Shown here: one piece after another, positions 47,731 to 59,939 of the stretch
Position numbering within the stretch: the stretch's first letter is position 1
Layout: each line of letters starts with the position of its first letter
Assembly (NCBI RefSeq): GCF_044704955.1
Contig: NC_092003.1
Location: 3,782,001 to 3,846,000 of the forward strand
Direction: 5' to 3'
Length of the DNA: 64,000 nucleotides
Origin: Pristiophorus japonicus
Taxonomy: Eukaryota
Notes under the pieces: generated by a model
The model's input: the letters and a program-made list of their open reading frames with translations, nothing else
The model's database searches: none
Told to the model about the DNA's origin: nothing
Position numbers and translations under genes: made by a program

Positions 47731-49250
47731 ATAAGAACATAAGAATTAGGAACAGGAGTAGGCCATCTAGCCCCTCGAGCCTGCTCCGCCATTCAAAAAG
47801 ATCATGGCTGATCTGGCCGTGGACTCAGCTCCACTTACCCGCCCGCTCCCCATAACCCTTAATTCCCTTATTGGTTAAAAATTTATCTATGTGTGATTTG
47901 AATACATTCAATGAGCTAGCCTCAACTGCTTCCTTGGGCAGAGAATTCCACAGATTCACAACCCTCTGGGAGAAGAAATTCCTTCTCAACTCGGTTTTAA
48001 ATTGGCTCCCCCGCATTTTGAGGCTTGCCCCCTAGTTCTAGTCTCCCCGACCAGTGGAAACAACCTCTCTGCCTCTATCTTGTCTATCCCTTTCATTATT
48101 TTAAATGTTTCTATAAGATCACCCCTCATCCTTCTGAACTCCAACGAGTAAAGACTCAGTCTACTCAATCTATCATAAGGTAACCCCCTCATCTCCGGAA
48201 TCAGCCTAGTGAATCGTCTCTGTACCCCCTCCAAAGCCAGTATATCCTTCCTTAAGTAAGGTGACCAAAACTGCACGCAGTACTCCAGGGGCGGTCTCAC
48301 CAATACCCTGTACAGTTGCAGCAGGACCTCCCTGCTTTTGTACTCCATCCCTCTCGCAATGAAGGCCAACATTCCATTCGCCTTCCTGATTACCTGCAAA
48401 CTAACTTTTTAGGATTCATGCACAAGGATCTAAAAGAGTTTCATGCACAAGGACCCCCAGGTCCCTCTGCACTGCAGCATGTTGTAATTTCTCCCCATTC
48501 AAATAATATTCCCTTTTACTGTTTTTTTTTCCCCCAAGGTGGATGACCTCACATTTTCCGACATTGTATTCCATCTGCCAAACCTTAGCCCATTCGCTTA
48601 ACCTATCTAAATCTCTTTGCAGCCTCTCTGTGTCCGCTACACAACCCGCTTTCCCACTAATCTTTGTGTCATCTGCAAATTTTGTTACACTACACTCTGT
48701 CCCCTCCTCCAGGTCATCTATGTATATTGTAAACAGTTGTGGTCCTAGCACCGATCCCTGTGGTACACCACTAACCACCGATTTCCAACCTGAAAAGGAC
48801 CCATTTATCCCGACTCTTTCCTACGTTACAGCAGTGACCACTCTCCAAAAAGCACTTCATTGGCTGTAAAGCACTTTGGGACGTCCGGAGATGGTGAAAA
48901 GTGCTATGACTGGGTTGGACAGACTGGATGTGGGGAGGATGTTTCCCCGGAGCTGGGAAGTCCAGAACAAGGGATCACAGTCTCAGGATACAGGGTAAGA
49001 TATTTAGGACCGAGATGAGGAGAAATGTTTTCACTCAGAGGGCGGTGAACCTGTGGAATTCTCTCCCACAGAAGGCTGTGGAGGCCAAGTCACTGAATAT
49101 ATTTAAGAGGGAGATAGATAGATTTCTTGACACAAAAGGCATCAAGGGAAAAGCAGGAATATGGTGTTGAGATAGAGGATCAGCCATGATCATATTGAAT
49201 GGCAGTGCAGGCTTGAGGGGCTGAATGGCCTACTCCTGCTCCTATTTTCT
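47730..49250. mobile_element. CR1 fragments (47730-48820 -, including RT core [10 protein letters not shown]...KFADDTK; 48908-49250 +)
   Basis: Reverse transcriptase motifs, frameshifted. Confidence 0.92.
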
Positions 49251-49671
49251 ATACAAATGCACATCTTTCCTTTTAAAGACAAGAATAAAGTGCATCTCTC
49301 CCCTGTTCTCCATTAAACTCCTGACACGAGGATTATCGACTATCCTTTACTGACCCAATTCCATATTGGAATTTTATGAAAGGACTTACCACAGACACAA
49401 CCCCACGGGGTACCACAAGCTGAAAGAGCGACGTTGTCGGGACAGGATACAAAGCATCGAGTAAAATCAGCTGGACAATCGAAATTTTACACTTTTTTTA
49501 ATTACACTTTTTCCATTTATCTGGAGATAAACAAGTCTTTCCTTAAAGAAGGCTGGTCTCACACGGATAAAGCACTGGTGATGGTACGCTTGACGCACCC
49601 ATGGGTGCTGATTTGCTGGGCGTTGAGATCAGGCAGGAGAATGCAAGGCCATGCTCGCTCGCTCGTTCTCT

Positions 49672-49706
<35 letters not shown>

Positions 49707-49789
49707 CCTCGGTAAATTTCCGGCACAGATACGCCGCTGACTTAGTGCTGCGGTGAAGGAACATCGAGTGGGGGCCCCCGTCACGGGTT

Positions 49790-49830
49790 TTACTTCTTGC
49801 AAACGAACAAGACTGCAGAAGGAACCAGAC
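49790..49830 (-). CDS. UBXN1: UBXN1 terminal coding exon (GLVPSAVLFVCKK*)
   Basis: UBX-domain end GLVPSAVL; TTTTTTCCAG acceptor; phase matches the upstream exon; TAA stop. Possible ATTAAA poly(A) signal ~49497-49502. Confidence 0.92.
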
Positions 49831-50019
49831 CTGGAAAAAAACGACAAAACAAAAAGACAAGAATTAATTCGCTGCACCATTTTTTTTTAAAATCGGTTTG
49901 GGTGGGGGGGTGGCTCGGGAAGCGGTCTGGGTTTAATGTACAACCTACAGAGACACAATTTGCCAGACCAGAGACGCTAAACCAAAGCACCATCTGTCCT
50001 CTCAGGTCCCATGGCCACG

Positions 50020-51000
50020 ATTTCAATGCAGAGCAAGAGGGAGTTTTCCCGGTGCACTGGCTAATATTTATTCCTCAACAAACATCACTAAAAACCAAAT
50101 TACAGGTCACTGTTGTAATAAAGCTCACAGCAACTGCAATGTGATAATGATACATTTTGGCCCCAGGACACCAGCGAAAACTCCCCGGCTCTTCTTCAAA
50201 ATAGTGCCGTGGGATCTTCTGCATCCACCCGAGGGGGTAGACAGGACCTCGGTTTAATGCCTCTCCGACAGTGCGGTGCTCCCTCAGTACCGCCCCTCCG
50301 ACAGTGCGGTGCTCCCTCAGTACTGCCCCTCCGACAGTGCGGTGCTCCCTCAGTACCGCCCCTCCGACAGTGCGGTGCTCCCTCAGCACTGCCTCTCCGA
50401 CAGTGCGGCGCTCCCTCAGTACCACCCCTCCGACAGCACGGCGCTCCCTCAGTACCGCCCCTCCGACAGCGCGGCGCTCCCTCAGTACCGCCCCTCCGAC
50501 AGTGCGGCGCTCCCTCAGTACCGCCCCTCCGACAGTGCGGCGCTCCCTCAGTACCGCCCCTCCAACAATCCCTCAGTACCGCCCCTCCGACAGTGCGGCG
50601 CTCCCTCAGTACTGCCCCTCCGACAGTGCGGCGCTCCCTCAGTACCGCCCCTCCGACAGTCCCTCTGTACTGCCCCTCCGACAGTGCGGCGCTCCCTCAG
50701 TACTGCCCCTCCGACAGTGCGGCGCTCCCTCAGTACTGCCCCTCCGACAGTGCGGAGCTCCCTCAGTACTGCCCCTCCGACAGTGCGGAGCTCCCTCAGT
50801 ACTGCTCTGGGAGCGTCAGCCTGGATTTTGTGCTCAAGTCTTTGGAATGGGGGCCCGAACCCACATACTTCTGAGGTGAGAGAGAGAGTGCTACCCACCG
50901 AGCCACAGCTTTAGCACAACTCATGCGTTTGAGAGAGTTACATTTGCAAGGCAGGAAATTGCGGCAGACAATTTGCGCACAGCAAGCTCCCACAAACAAC
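50020..51000 (-). mobile_element. DeuSINE (rearranged) with 33-bp array ~50262-50805
   Basis: tRNA-like head near 50850-50910, array, body. Confidence 0.8.
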
Positions 51001-51004
51001 ATGT

Positions 51005-52262
51005 TTGACAAATTTGCTAGAGTTCTTTGAGGATGTAACGAACAGGGTGGATAAAGGGGAACCAGTGGATGTGGTGTATTTAGATTTCCAGAAGGCATTT
51101 GACAAGGTGCCACATAAAAGGTTACTGCACAAGATAAAAGTTCACGGGGTTGGGGGTAATATATTAGCATGGATAGAGGATTGGCTAACTAACAGAAAAC
51201 AGAGAGTTGGGATAAATGGTTCATTCTCGGGTTGGCAATCAGTAACTAGTGGGGTGCCGCAGGGATCAGTGCTGGGACCCCAACTATTTACAATCTATAT
51301 TAACGACTTGGAAAAAGGGACTGAGTAACATAGGCAAGTTTGCTGACGATACAAAGATGGGAGGAAAAGCAATGTGCGAGGAGGACACACAAAATCTGCA
51401 CAAGGATACAGACAGGCTAAGTGAGTGGGCAAAAATTTGGCAGACAGAGTATAATGTTGGAAAGTGTGAGGTCATGCACTTTGGCAGAAAAAAAATCAAC
51501 GAGCAAGTTATTATTTAAATTGAGAAAAATTGCAAAGTGCTGCAGTACAGCGGGACCTGGGGGTACTTGTGCATGAAACACAAAAGGATAGTATGCAGGT
51601 ACAGCAAGTGATCAGGAAGGCCAATGGTATCTTGGCCTTTATTGCAAAGGTGATGGAGTATAAAAGCAGGGAAGTCTTGCTACAGTTATACAGGGTATTG
51701 GTGAGGCCACACCTGGAGTACTGCGTGCAGTTTTGGTTTCCATATTTACGAAAGGATATACTTGCTTTGGAGGCAGTTCAGAGAAGGTTCACTCGGTTGC
51801 TTCCGGGATGAGGGGGTTGACTTATGAGGAAAGGTTGAGGAGGTTGGGCCTGTACTCATTGGAATTCTGAAGAATGAATGGTGATCTTATTGAAATGTAT
51901 AAGATTATGAGGGGGCTTGACAAGGTGGATGCAGAGAGGATGTTTCCACTGATGGGAGACTAGAACTAGAGGGCATGGTCTTAGAATAAGGGGCCGTCCA
52001 TTTAAAACAGAGATGAGGAGGAATTTCTTCTCTGAGGGTTGTAAATTTGTGGAATTCGCTGCCTCAGAGAGCTGTGGAAGCTGGGTCATTGAATAAATTT
52101 AAGACAGAGTTCGACAGTTTCTTAAACGATAAGGGGTTATGGGGAGTGGGCGGGGATGTGGACCTGAGTCCATGATCGGATCAGCCATGATTGTATTAAA
52201 TGGCGGAGCAGGCTCGAGGGGCCGAATGGCCCACTCCTGCTCCTATTTCTTATGTTCTTATA
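51005..52262 (+). mobile_element. CR1 LINE 3' ~1.25 kb (RT domain to tail)
   Basis: [33 protein letters not shown] motifs; frameshifts. Confidence 0.93.
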
Positions 52263-52369
52263 AACGATCAGGTGATCTGTCGCTCCCTCTCAGAGATCTC
52301 AGTAAATCAGTCAGATTATAGCCAGGGGAGCTCGTTCAACTGCCCCCCCTCCCCCCCCCAGCCCGCAAC

Positions 52370-52851
52370 TGTACGATCAGGATCACAGGTCACACACATG
52401 GATACCCAAAGTGTCTGGAAGAGTTATAAGGCATTTTATTAAGGAGCGGTAATTCAAATATAGTCAAACACAACACACAATCGGGTTAGACACTACGACC
52501 GTGACAAGTAGCTGGTACTAGTCCCGAACAGTTCTTCTCTGCACCGTCTGCCCTCTCGGTCTTTGTTTTATTTTAGGGGTGGGCCTAGTGTAGGATATGG
52601 ACAGGACTACTTAAACTTCGAGGCATGGCGAGTTCTTTGTCACAACTCTTCCCATGAGATCGCACCTTGTCTTGGAACCGTTTTTTTTTTAAATCACACT
52701 GTTGCTTGCTTGACCTTTTATCAAGGCCTGTTGTTGCATTATGCCCTTGTAACTCAGCTCTCTGTACGATTCCTTATCGGATGTGACTGCAATCCTTCAG
52801 GGTTATCGACTGCCGAGCTCGAGACCCGGACACACGAGACTATTCCTTACA
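52370..52851 (-). mobile_element. Probable solo LTR (482 bp)
   Basis: TGTA...TACA termini; near-TSD CAAC/CAAT; AATAAA on the - strand at 52435-52440; no similarity to the flanking LINE/SINE sequence. Confidence 0.65.
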
Positions 52852-52874
52852 CAATTCTGACACAAGGCATCTAC

Positions 52875-53055
52875 CTAGCTCCTGAAGGGGTTTCTCCATG
52901 TCCTCCTCGGAGAAGACTTTCCGCGGGAACGAGGTCATCAGGTTGAAGTTGTCGCTGTCGTCCTGTCGCTGCAGCTGGACGTACAGCCGGACAGCCGCGA
53001 GCTGCTCCCGGCTCTTGAAGGACTGCGTGAGCTGTGTGCCGTCTAGTAACCGGAT
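52875..53055 (-). CDS. UBXN1: UBXN1 coding exon, UBX domain ([60 protein letters not shown])
   Basis: UBX FPR motif and [10 protein letters not shown]; CTCAG acceptor, GTAGAT donor; 181 bp. Confidence 0.95.
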
Positions 53056-53254
53056 CTGAGCACGGGAGGGAGAACCAAACGCAGTCAAGCACGCGACCCG
53101 ACACAAACTCATGTACCTCACTCCACCCTGCCTCCCCCACCCACCCACCCTCCGAGTTCCGACGGTGCAGCCCCCTTCCCTCAGTCCCACCGACGGTGCA
53201 GCCCCTCCCAACACCCCACCGAACCCTCCCTCCCTCCCCCACCTCCCCCTACCC

Positions 53255-55690
53255 CGGACTCCAGAGGTTAAATTATGAGGTGTGATTACACAAACTATAG
53301 TTGTATTCCCTGGAGTTTGGAAGCTTAGGGGGTGATTTGATCGAAGTTTTCAACACATTAAGGGGAACCGCTAGGGTAGATAGAGTGACACTATTTCTGC
53401 TGGTTGGGAGTCTGGGACTAGGGGGCATAGGCTAAAAATTAGAGCCAGTCCTTTCAGGAGTGAAATTAAGAAACTCCTCTACACACAAAGGGTGGTGGAA
53501 GTTTGGAAACCTCTTCCGCAAATGGCAATTGATGCTGGGTCAATTAATTTTAAATCGGAAATCGACAGATTTTTGTTAACCAAATGTATTAAGGGATACG
53601 GGGCAAAGGCGGGTCCTATGGAGTTAGGTCGCAGATCAGCCGTGATTTCCTCGAATGGCAGAACAGGCTCGAGGGGCTGAATGGCTTCCTCCTGTTCCTG
53701 TGTCCAACTGACACCGCAGCCCACCCTCTCAATCCCAACCACTAACAATGCAGCACTGTAACTGCAGGAGAATACCTGCATGTATCTCTATATAGATTAG
53801 TTTAATAGTCCCAGATGCCAGCTAACACCGGCTGCTGGGGAAAGAGACATTTCCAGGTCATATGCTGCGTATGTTTTACTTAGAATTCGATTAGATTTAT
53901 ATAGATTACATGGGATATACGGCACAGAAACAGGCCATTGGGCCCAACCAGTCCATGCCAGAGCAGGGAGGTTATGCTTCAGTTGTACAGGGCCTTGGTG
54001 AGACCACACCTTGAGTATGGTGTGCAGTTTTGGTCTCCTGGTCTGAGGAAGGACGTTCTTGCTACTGAGGGAGTGCAGCGAAGGTTCACCAGACTGATTC
54101 CCGGGATGGCAGGACTGACATATGAGGAAAGAGACTGGATCGACTAGGCTTATATTCACTGGAATTTAGATGAGAGGGGATCTCATAGAAACATATAAAA
54201 TTCTGACGGGACTGGACAGGTTAGATGCGGGAAGAATGTTCCCAATGTTGGGGAAGTCCAGAACTAAGGGACACAGTCTAAGGATAAGGGGTAAGCCATT
54301 TAGGACCGAGATGAGGAGAAACTTCTTCACCCAGAGAGTTGTTAACCTGTGGAATTCTCTACCACAGAAAGTTGTTGAGGCCAGTTCATTAGATATATTC
54401 AAAAGGGAGTTAGATGTGGCCCTTACGGCTAAAGGGATCAGTGGGTATGGAGAGAAAGCAGGAAAGGGGTACTGAGGTTGAATGATCAGCCATGATCATA
54501 TTGAATGGTGGTGCAGGCTCGAAGGGCCGAATGGCCTGCTCCTGCACCTATTTTCCATGTTTCTATGTTATGCTCCACTCGAGCCTCCTCCTGTCTTTCC
54601 TCATCTAAATCTATCAGCATAACCCTCTGTTCCCCTTCTCCCTCATATGCTTGTCCCAGCATCATCATAATAGGCAGTCCCTCGGAATCGAGGAAGAATT
54701 GCTTCCACTCCTGAAGTGAGTCCTTCGGTGGCTGAACAGTCCAATATGAGAGCCACAGACCCTGTCACAGGTGGGACAGATAGTCGTTGAGGGAAGGGGG
54801 GAGTGGGACTGGTTTGCCGCACGCTCCTTCCGCTGCCTGCGCTTGACCTCTGCACGCTCTCGGCGACGAGACTTGAGCCTCCCCTCAAATACATCGATAC
54901 TATTCGCTTCAACCCCTCCCTGTGGCAGCGAGTTCCACATTCTCACTGCTCTTTGGGTAAAGAAGTTTCTCCTGAATTCCCCATTGGATTTCTTGGTGAC
55001 TATCTTATGTTGATGGCTTCTAGTTATGCTCTTTCCCACAAGTGGAAACATTCTCTCTGTATCCATTTTATCGAAACCTTTCATAATTTTAAAGAGCTCT
55101 ATTAGGTCACCTCACAGCCTACTTTTTCTTCTCGTGAAAGCACCCTTTCAGGCAGCAAGTTCCAGACTCCACCACCCTCAGTGAAAAAATACTTCCTCAT
55201 CGCCCCTCTAATCCTTCCACCAATTATTTGAAATCTATTCCCCTGGTTATTGACCCCTCTGCTGAGGGAAACAGGTCCGTCCTATCCACTCTATCTAGGC
55301 CCCTCATCATTTTATACACCTCAATCAGCTCTCCCCTCAGCCTCCTCTGTTCCAAAGAACACAACCCCAGCCTATCCAATCGTTCCTCATCGCTAAAATT
55401 CTCCAGTCCAGGCAACATCCTAGTAAATCTCCTCTGTACCCTCTCCAGTGCAACATCCTGGTAAATCTCCTCTGTACCCTCTCCAGTGCAACATCCTGGT
55501 AAATCTCCTCTGTATCCTCTCCAGTGCAACATCCTGGTAAATCTCCTCTGTATCCTCTCCAGTGCAACATCCTGGTAAATCTCCTCTGTATCCTCTCGAG
55601 TGCAATCACATCCTTCCTGTAACGTGGTGACCAGAACTGCACGCAGTACTCCAGTTGTGGCCTAACTCGTGTTTTATACAGCTCCAGCAT
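53255..55690. mobile_element. Cluster of CR1 fragments and an RTE 3' end (54660-54875 -); 38-bp tandem repeat inside CR1 at ~55420-55610
   Basis: CR1 and RTE motifs in translation. Confidence 0.85.
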
Positions 55691-56199
55691 AATCGTAAAA
55701 TTAGAGAAGGCCGTTTTAGGAAATCAGGATGCTTCTTTTTTCCACAAAAATGATAGCGGCAAATCTGAAGCGGCCTGCTCCTGTTCCTACGTGGCACAGG
55801 ATCAAAGCTGAACCCGTAACTATTCGATCGCCAATATATGTGCACTCGGCCCGTGTGCAGCAGAGCTGGTCTCCAGTCGTCTTGGTTAACCCTGGCCACT
55901 GGACCAAGACCTCGCTCTGTCAAGCCCCGTGTGGTGGCTGGTGTGCAACGGTCACCCCACGTTAAAAAAATCCACCCACAGGCATCTTCCACCCTTCAAG
56001 GCTGGACATATTAGGTCCTTCATTGAAGCACCTGTGAACTCATCCCTTTTTGGCGTGGAAGCAAGTCATCCTCGTTTCGAGGGACTGCCTATGAGCTATC
56101 GCCAGCGATGATTCAGCCCCGTACGCCCCGGTTACAACTCCTCTCTGCTGTGTGTCGCTTCCCCAAAACCTGAACCAGCAAAATAAAAATGGCCGTTAC

Positions 56200-56313
56200 C
56201 TGTAATCTGCATTCGTCGTACTCCCGCTTTGCCGGCGGCACTTGGCTGGACTGAGGGACTGCTGGTGCCGGTTGTACCGGGGCAGCTGCTGCCGTGACTC
56301 CACCGCCGCCAAA
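56200..56313 (-). CDS. UBXN1: UBXN1 coding exon (FGGGGVTAAAAPVQPAPAVPQSSQVPPAKREYDECRLQ)
   Basis: KREYD.CR.Q start of the UBX domain; TTCCAG acceptor, GTAACG donor; 114 bp. Confidence 0.93.
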
Positions 56314-56694
56314 CTGGAACGCGAGGGAAAATTTTTTTACAAAAGGGACAAGGTTGAACAAGCCGAGCCGCCTGATATTTTAATCTTGGCCACCGCGGCA
56401 GGCACCATCGATACAATTAGTCCCGGTTCTCCACCGCAGCTCCCCCCCCCCCCTCCAACCACAAATGTCTGATCCCAGGGTGCATAAAGAAGCTGCATTT
56501 GTATAGCACCTTATGTCCTCCCATCACCTAAAACACCTCACAAATCATCACTCGAGAAGCGTACGCGCGATTATTCAGAGAACTGCGGCAGCCATTTTGC
56601 ATACAAGTTCCCACGAACCGCAAATAAATGAATCTGTTGTAGTCAAATTGGCAAACACCGGCGTCTGGGCACTGCTGGTCTGGTGACAATGTCC

Positions 56695-58125
56695 CAGTTT
56701 GAAGACCAGGCCCTCAAATCCAGCACCAAGCTCATGGTCTACAGGGCTGAAGTGATACCCGCCCTCCTGTATGGCTCAGAGACACGGACCATGTACAGTA
56801 GACACCAAGTCGCTGGAGAAATACCACCAACGATGTCTCCGCAAGATCCTGCAAATACCCTGGGAGGACAGACGCACCAACGTTAGCGTCCTCGACCAGG
56901 CCAACATCCCCAGCATCGAAGTACTGACCACACTCGACCAGCTCCGCTGGGCAGGGCCACATTGTCCGCATGTCCCCCAGACACGAGACTCCCAAAGCAA
57001 GCGCTCTACTCGGAACTCCTTCACGGCAAACGAGCCAAAGGTGGGCAGAGGAAACGTTACAGGGACCACCCTCAAAGCCTCCCTGATAAAGTGCAACATC
57101 CCCACCCACACCTGGGAGTCCCTGGCCAAAGACCAGTCCGCCCTAAGTGGAGGAAGAGCATCCGGGAGGGCGCTGAGCACCTCGAGTCTCGTCGCCGAGA
57201 GCGTGCAGAAACCAAGCGCAGGCAGCGGAAGGAGCGTGCGGCAAACCAGTCCCACCCTCCCCTTCCCTCGACCACTGTCTGTCCCACCTGTGACAGGGGC
57301 TGTGGCTCCCGTATTGGACTGTTCAGTCACCTAAGGACTCGTGTTTAGAGTGGAAGCAAGTCTTCCTCGATGCCGAGGAACTGCCTATGATAGAAACATA
57401 GAAAATAGGTGCAGGAGCAGGCCATTCAGCCCTTCTAGCCTGCACCGCCATTCAATGAGTTCATGGCTGAACATGAAACTTCAGTACCCCCTTCCTGCTT
57501 TCTCGCCATACCCCTTGATCCCCCGAGTAGTAAGGACTTCATCTAACTCCCTTTTGAATATATTTAGTGAATTGGCCTCAACTACTTTCTGTGGTAGAGA
57601 ATTCCACAGGTTCACCACTCTCTGGGTGAAGAAGTTTCTCCTCATCTCGGTCCTAAATGGCTTACCCCTTATCCTTAGACTGTGACCCCTGGTTCTGGAC
57701 TTCCCCAACATTGGGAACATTCTTCCTGCATCCAACCCGTCAGAATTTTAAACGTTTCTATGAGGTCCCCTCTCACTCTTCTGAACTTCAGTGAATACAA
57801 GCCCAGTTGATCCAGTCTTTCTTGATAGGTCAGTCCCACCATCCCGGGAATCAGTCTGGTGAATCTTCGCTGCACTCCCTCAATAGCAAGAACGTCCTTC
57901 CTCAAGTTAGGAGACCAAAACTGTACACAGTACTCCAGGTGTGGCCTCACCAAGGCCCTGTACAACTGTATCAACACCTTCCTGCCCCTGTACTCAAATC
58001 CCCTCGCTATGAAGGCCAACATGCCGTTTGCTTTCTTAACCGCCTGCTGTACCTGCATGCCAACCTTCAATGACTGATGTACCATGACACCCAGGTCTCT
58101 TTGCACCTCCCCTTTTCCTAATCTG
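56695..58125. mobile_element. RTE 3' fragment (56695-57390 +) tail-to-tail with a CR1 3' fragment (57390-58125 -)
   Basis: Characteristic motifs and tails. Confidence 0.9.
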
Positions 58126-58344
58126 ATGATGATGATGATAATTCCAACCCTGCCTTCAACTGACATGCACATAATCTCCGAGCACGCATTCTCACACACA
58201 CACACAAGCAATCAGAAATACCAACCGTGGTCAGTCTCCCCGCCCTCCAGTCGACTGTAGCAGCCCCAGCAGTACTCCAGCTGATGAGACCTGCTCAATC
58301 AGACACAGACACTGACCCATGATGTTCCCGCTCCATATGAAAGA

Positions 58345-59460
58345 TTTGCATTTATATAGCACCTTTCACGACCACTGGATGCCTCAAAGCGCTTTAAAGC
58401 CAATGAAGTGGAGTGTGATGTGGGAAATGCGGCAGCTAATGTGCGCACAGCAAGCTCCCACACACAGCAATGTGATAATGACCCAGATCATCTGTTTTTT
58501 AGTGATGTTGGTCGAGGGATAAATATTGGCCCTGGGACACCGGGGAGAACTCTCCTGTTCTTCTTCGAAATAGTGCCATGGAATCATTTACGTCCATCTG
58601 AGGGGGCAGACGGGGCATCAATTTAATGTCTCATCCGAAAGACGGCACCTCCGACAGTGCGGCGTACCCTCAGTACTGCCCCTCCGACAGTGGAGCACTC
58701 CCTCAGTACTGCCCCTCCGACAGTGGAGCACTCCCTCAGTACTGCCCCTCCGACAGTGCGGCGCTCCGTCAGTACTGCCCCTCCGACAGTGGAGCACTCC
58801 CTCAGTACTGCCCCTCCGACAGTGCGGCGCTCCCTCAGTACTGCCCCTCCGACAGTGCGGTTCTCCCTCAGTACCGCCCCTCCGACAGTGCGGCGCTCCC
58901 TCAGTACCGGCCCTCCGACAGTGCGGCGCTCCCTCAGTACTGCCCCTCCGACAGTGCGGCGCTCCCTCAGTACCGCCCCTTGTTGAGGGAAGGGGAGGGT
59001 GGGACAGACAGTGGTTGAGGGAAGGGGGAGGGTGGGACTGGTTTGCTGCACGCTCCTTCCACTGCCTGCGCTTGGTTTCTGCACGCTCTTGGCGACGAGA
59101 CTCGAGGTGCTCAGCGCCCTCCCGGATGTACTTCCTCCACTTAGAGCAGACTGGTCTTTGGCCAGGGACTCCCAGGTGTCGGTGGGGATGTTGCACTTTA
59201 TCAGGGAGGCTTTGAGGGTGTCCCTTGTAACGTTCCCTCTGCCCACCTTTGGCTCGTTTGCCGTGAAGGAGTTCCGAGTCGAGCGCTTGCTCTGGGAGTC
59301 TCGTGTCGGGCATGCGAGCAATGTGGCCCTGCCCAGCGGAGCTGGTCGACTGTGGTCAGTGCTTCGATGCTGGGGATGTTGGCCTGGTCGAGGACGCTAA
59401 CGTTGGTGCGTCTGTCCTCCCATGGAATGGGCCTTACGCTAAACATCTGTAAGACCAAGG
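58345..59460 (-). mobile_element. DeuSINE fragment with 33-bp array (58648-58980) fused to an RTE fragment (58981-59460)
   Basis: Sequence identity to other copies in the window. Confidence 0.85.
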
Positions 59461-59611
59461 TCCGAGGCTGGCGACACTCACTGCCCGAGGCTGGCATTGG
59501 AAGAATGGCCAGCGGGGTGGAGGTCAAATTGGGTTCCTGCACCCGAGGGACACCGCCATCCCCACCCCCACAAACCAGAAGAGGAGCCCCAGCAGCGACA
59601 GTTGCAGTTAC

Positions 59612-59663
59612 CTTCAGGGCTCTCTCAGCTTTGTCTCTCTCAATCTTTTCGCGCACTCGCTGC
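59612..59663 (-). CDS. UBXN1: UBXN1 coding exon (QRVREKIERDKAERALK)
   Basis: Conserved RVREKIERDKAERA; TTTCAG acceptor, GTAACT donor; 52 bp, phase 2/0. Confidence 0.94.
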
Positions 59664-59939
59664 CTGAAACAGTGAAAGACAACAGTTAGGTCTGGCAGTA
59701 AAAGGCGACTGCAGAGGTTTCACACCGAGGTGCGCCCGAGACATTTCTAATCGTCGCTTCGCTGATCCATCTCCAAAATCCATACACAGAGTTACGCTAA
59801 ACTTGTAGCGAACCTTGGTTAGACCACACTGCGTACAATCCTGGTTCCTATATTATAAAAAGGATAGAGAGGCACTGGAGAGGGTGCAAAAAAGTTTTAC
59901 AAGGGTGATACCAGAAATGCGAGGGTGCATCCACCAGGA

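Noticed and set aside
58281-58345. Hammerhead ribozyme core CTGATGAG
   Set aside because: No stem II followed by GAAA, and no stems I/III could be formed.
59481-59611. Alternative UBXN1 donor (GGCA/GTGAGT) after in-frame read-through
   Set aside because: It ends in phase 1 while the next exon needs phase 0, and the peptide shows no recognisable conservation.
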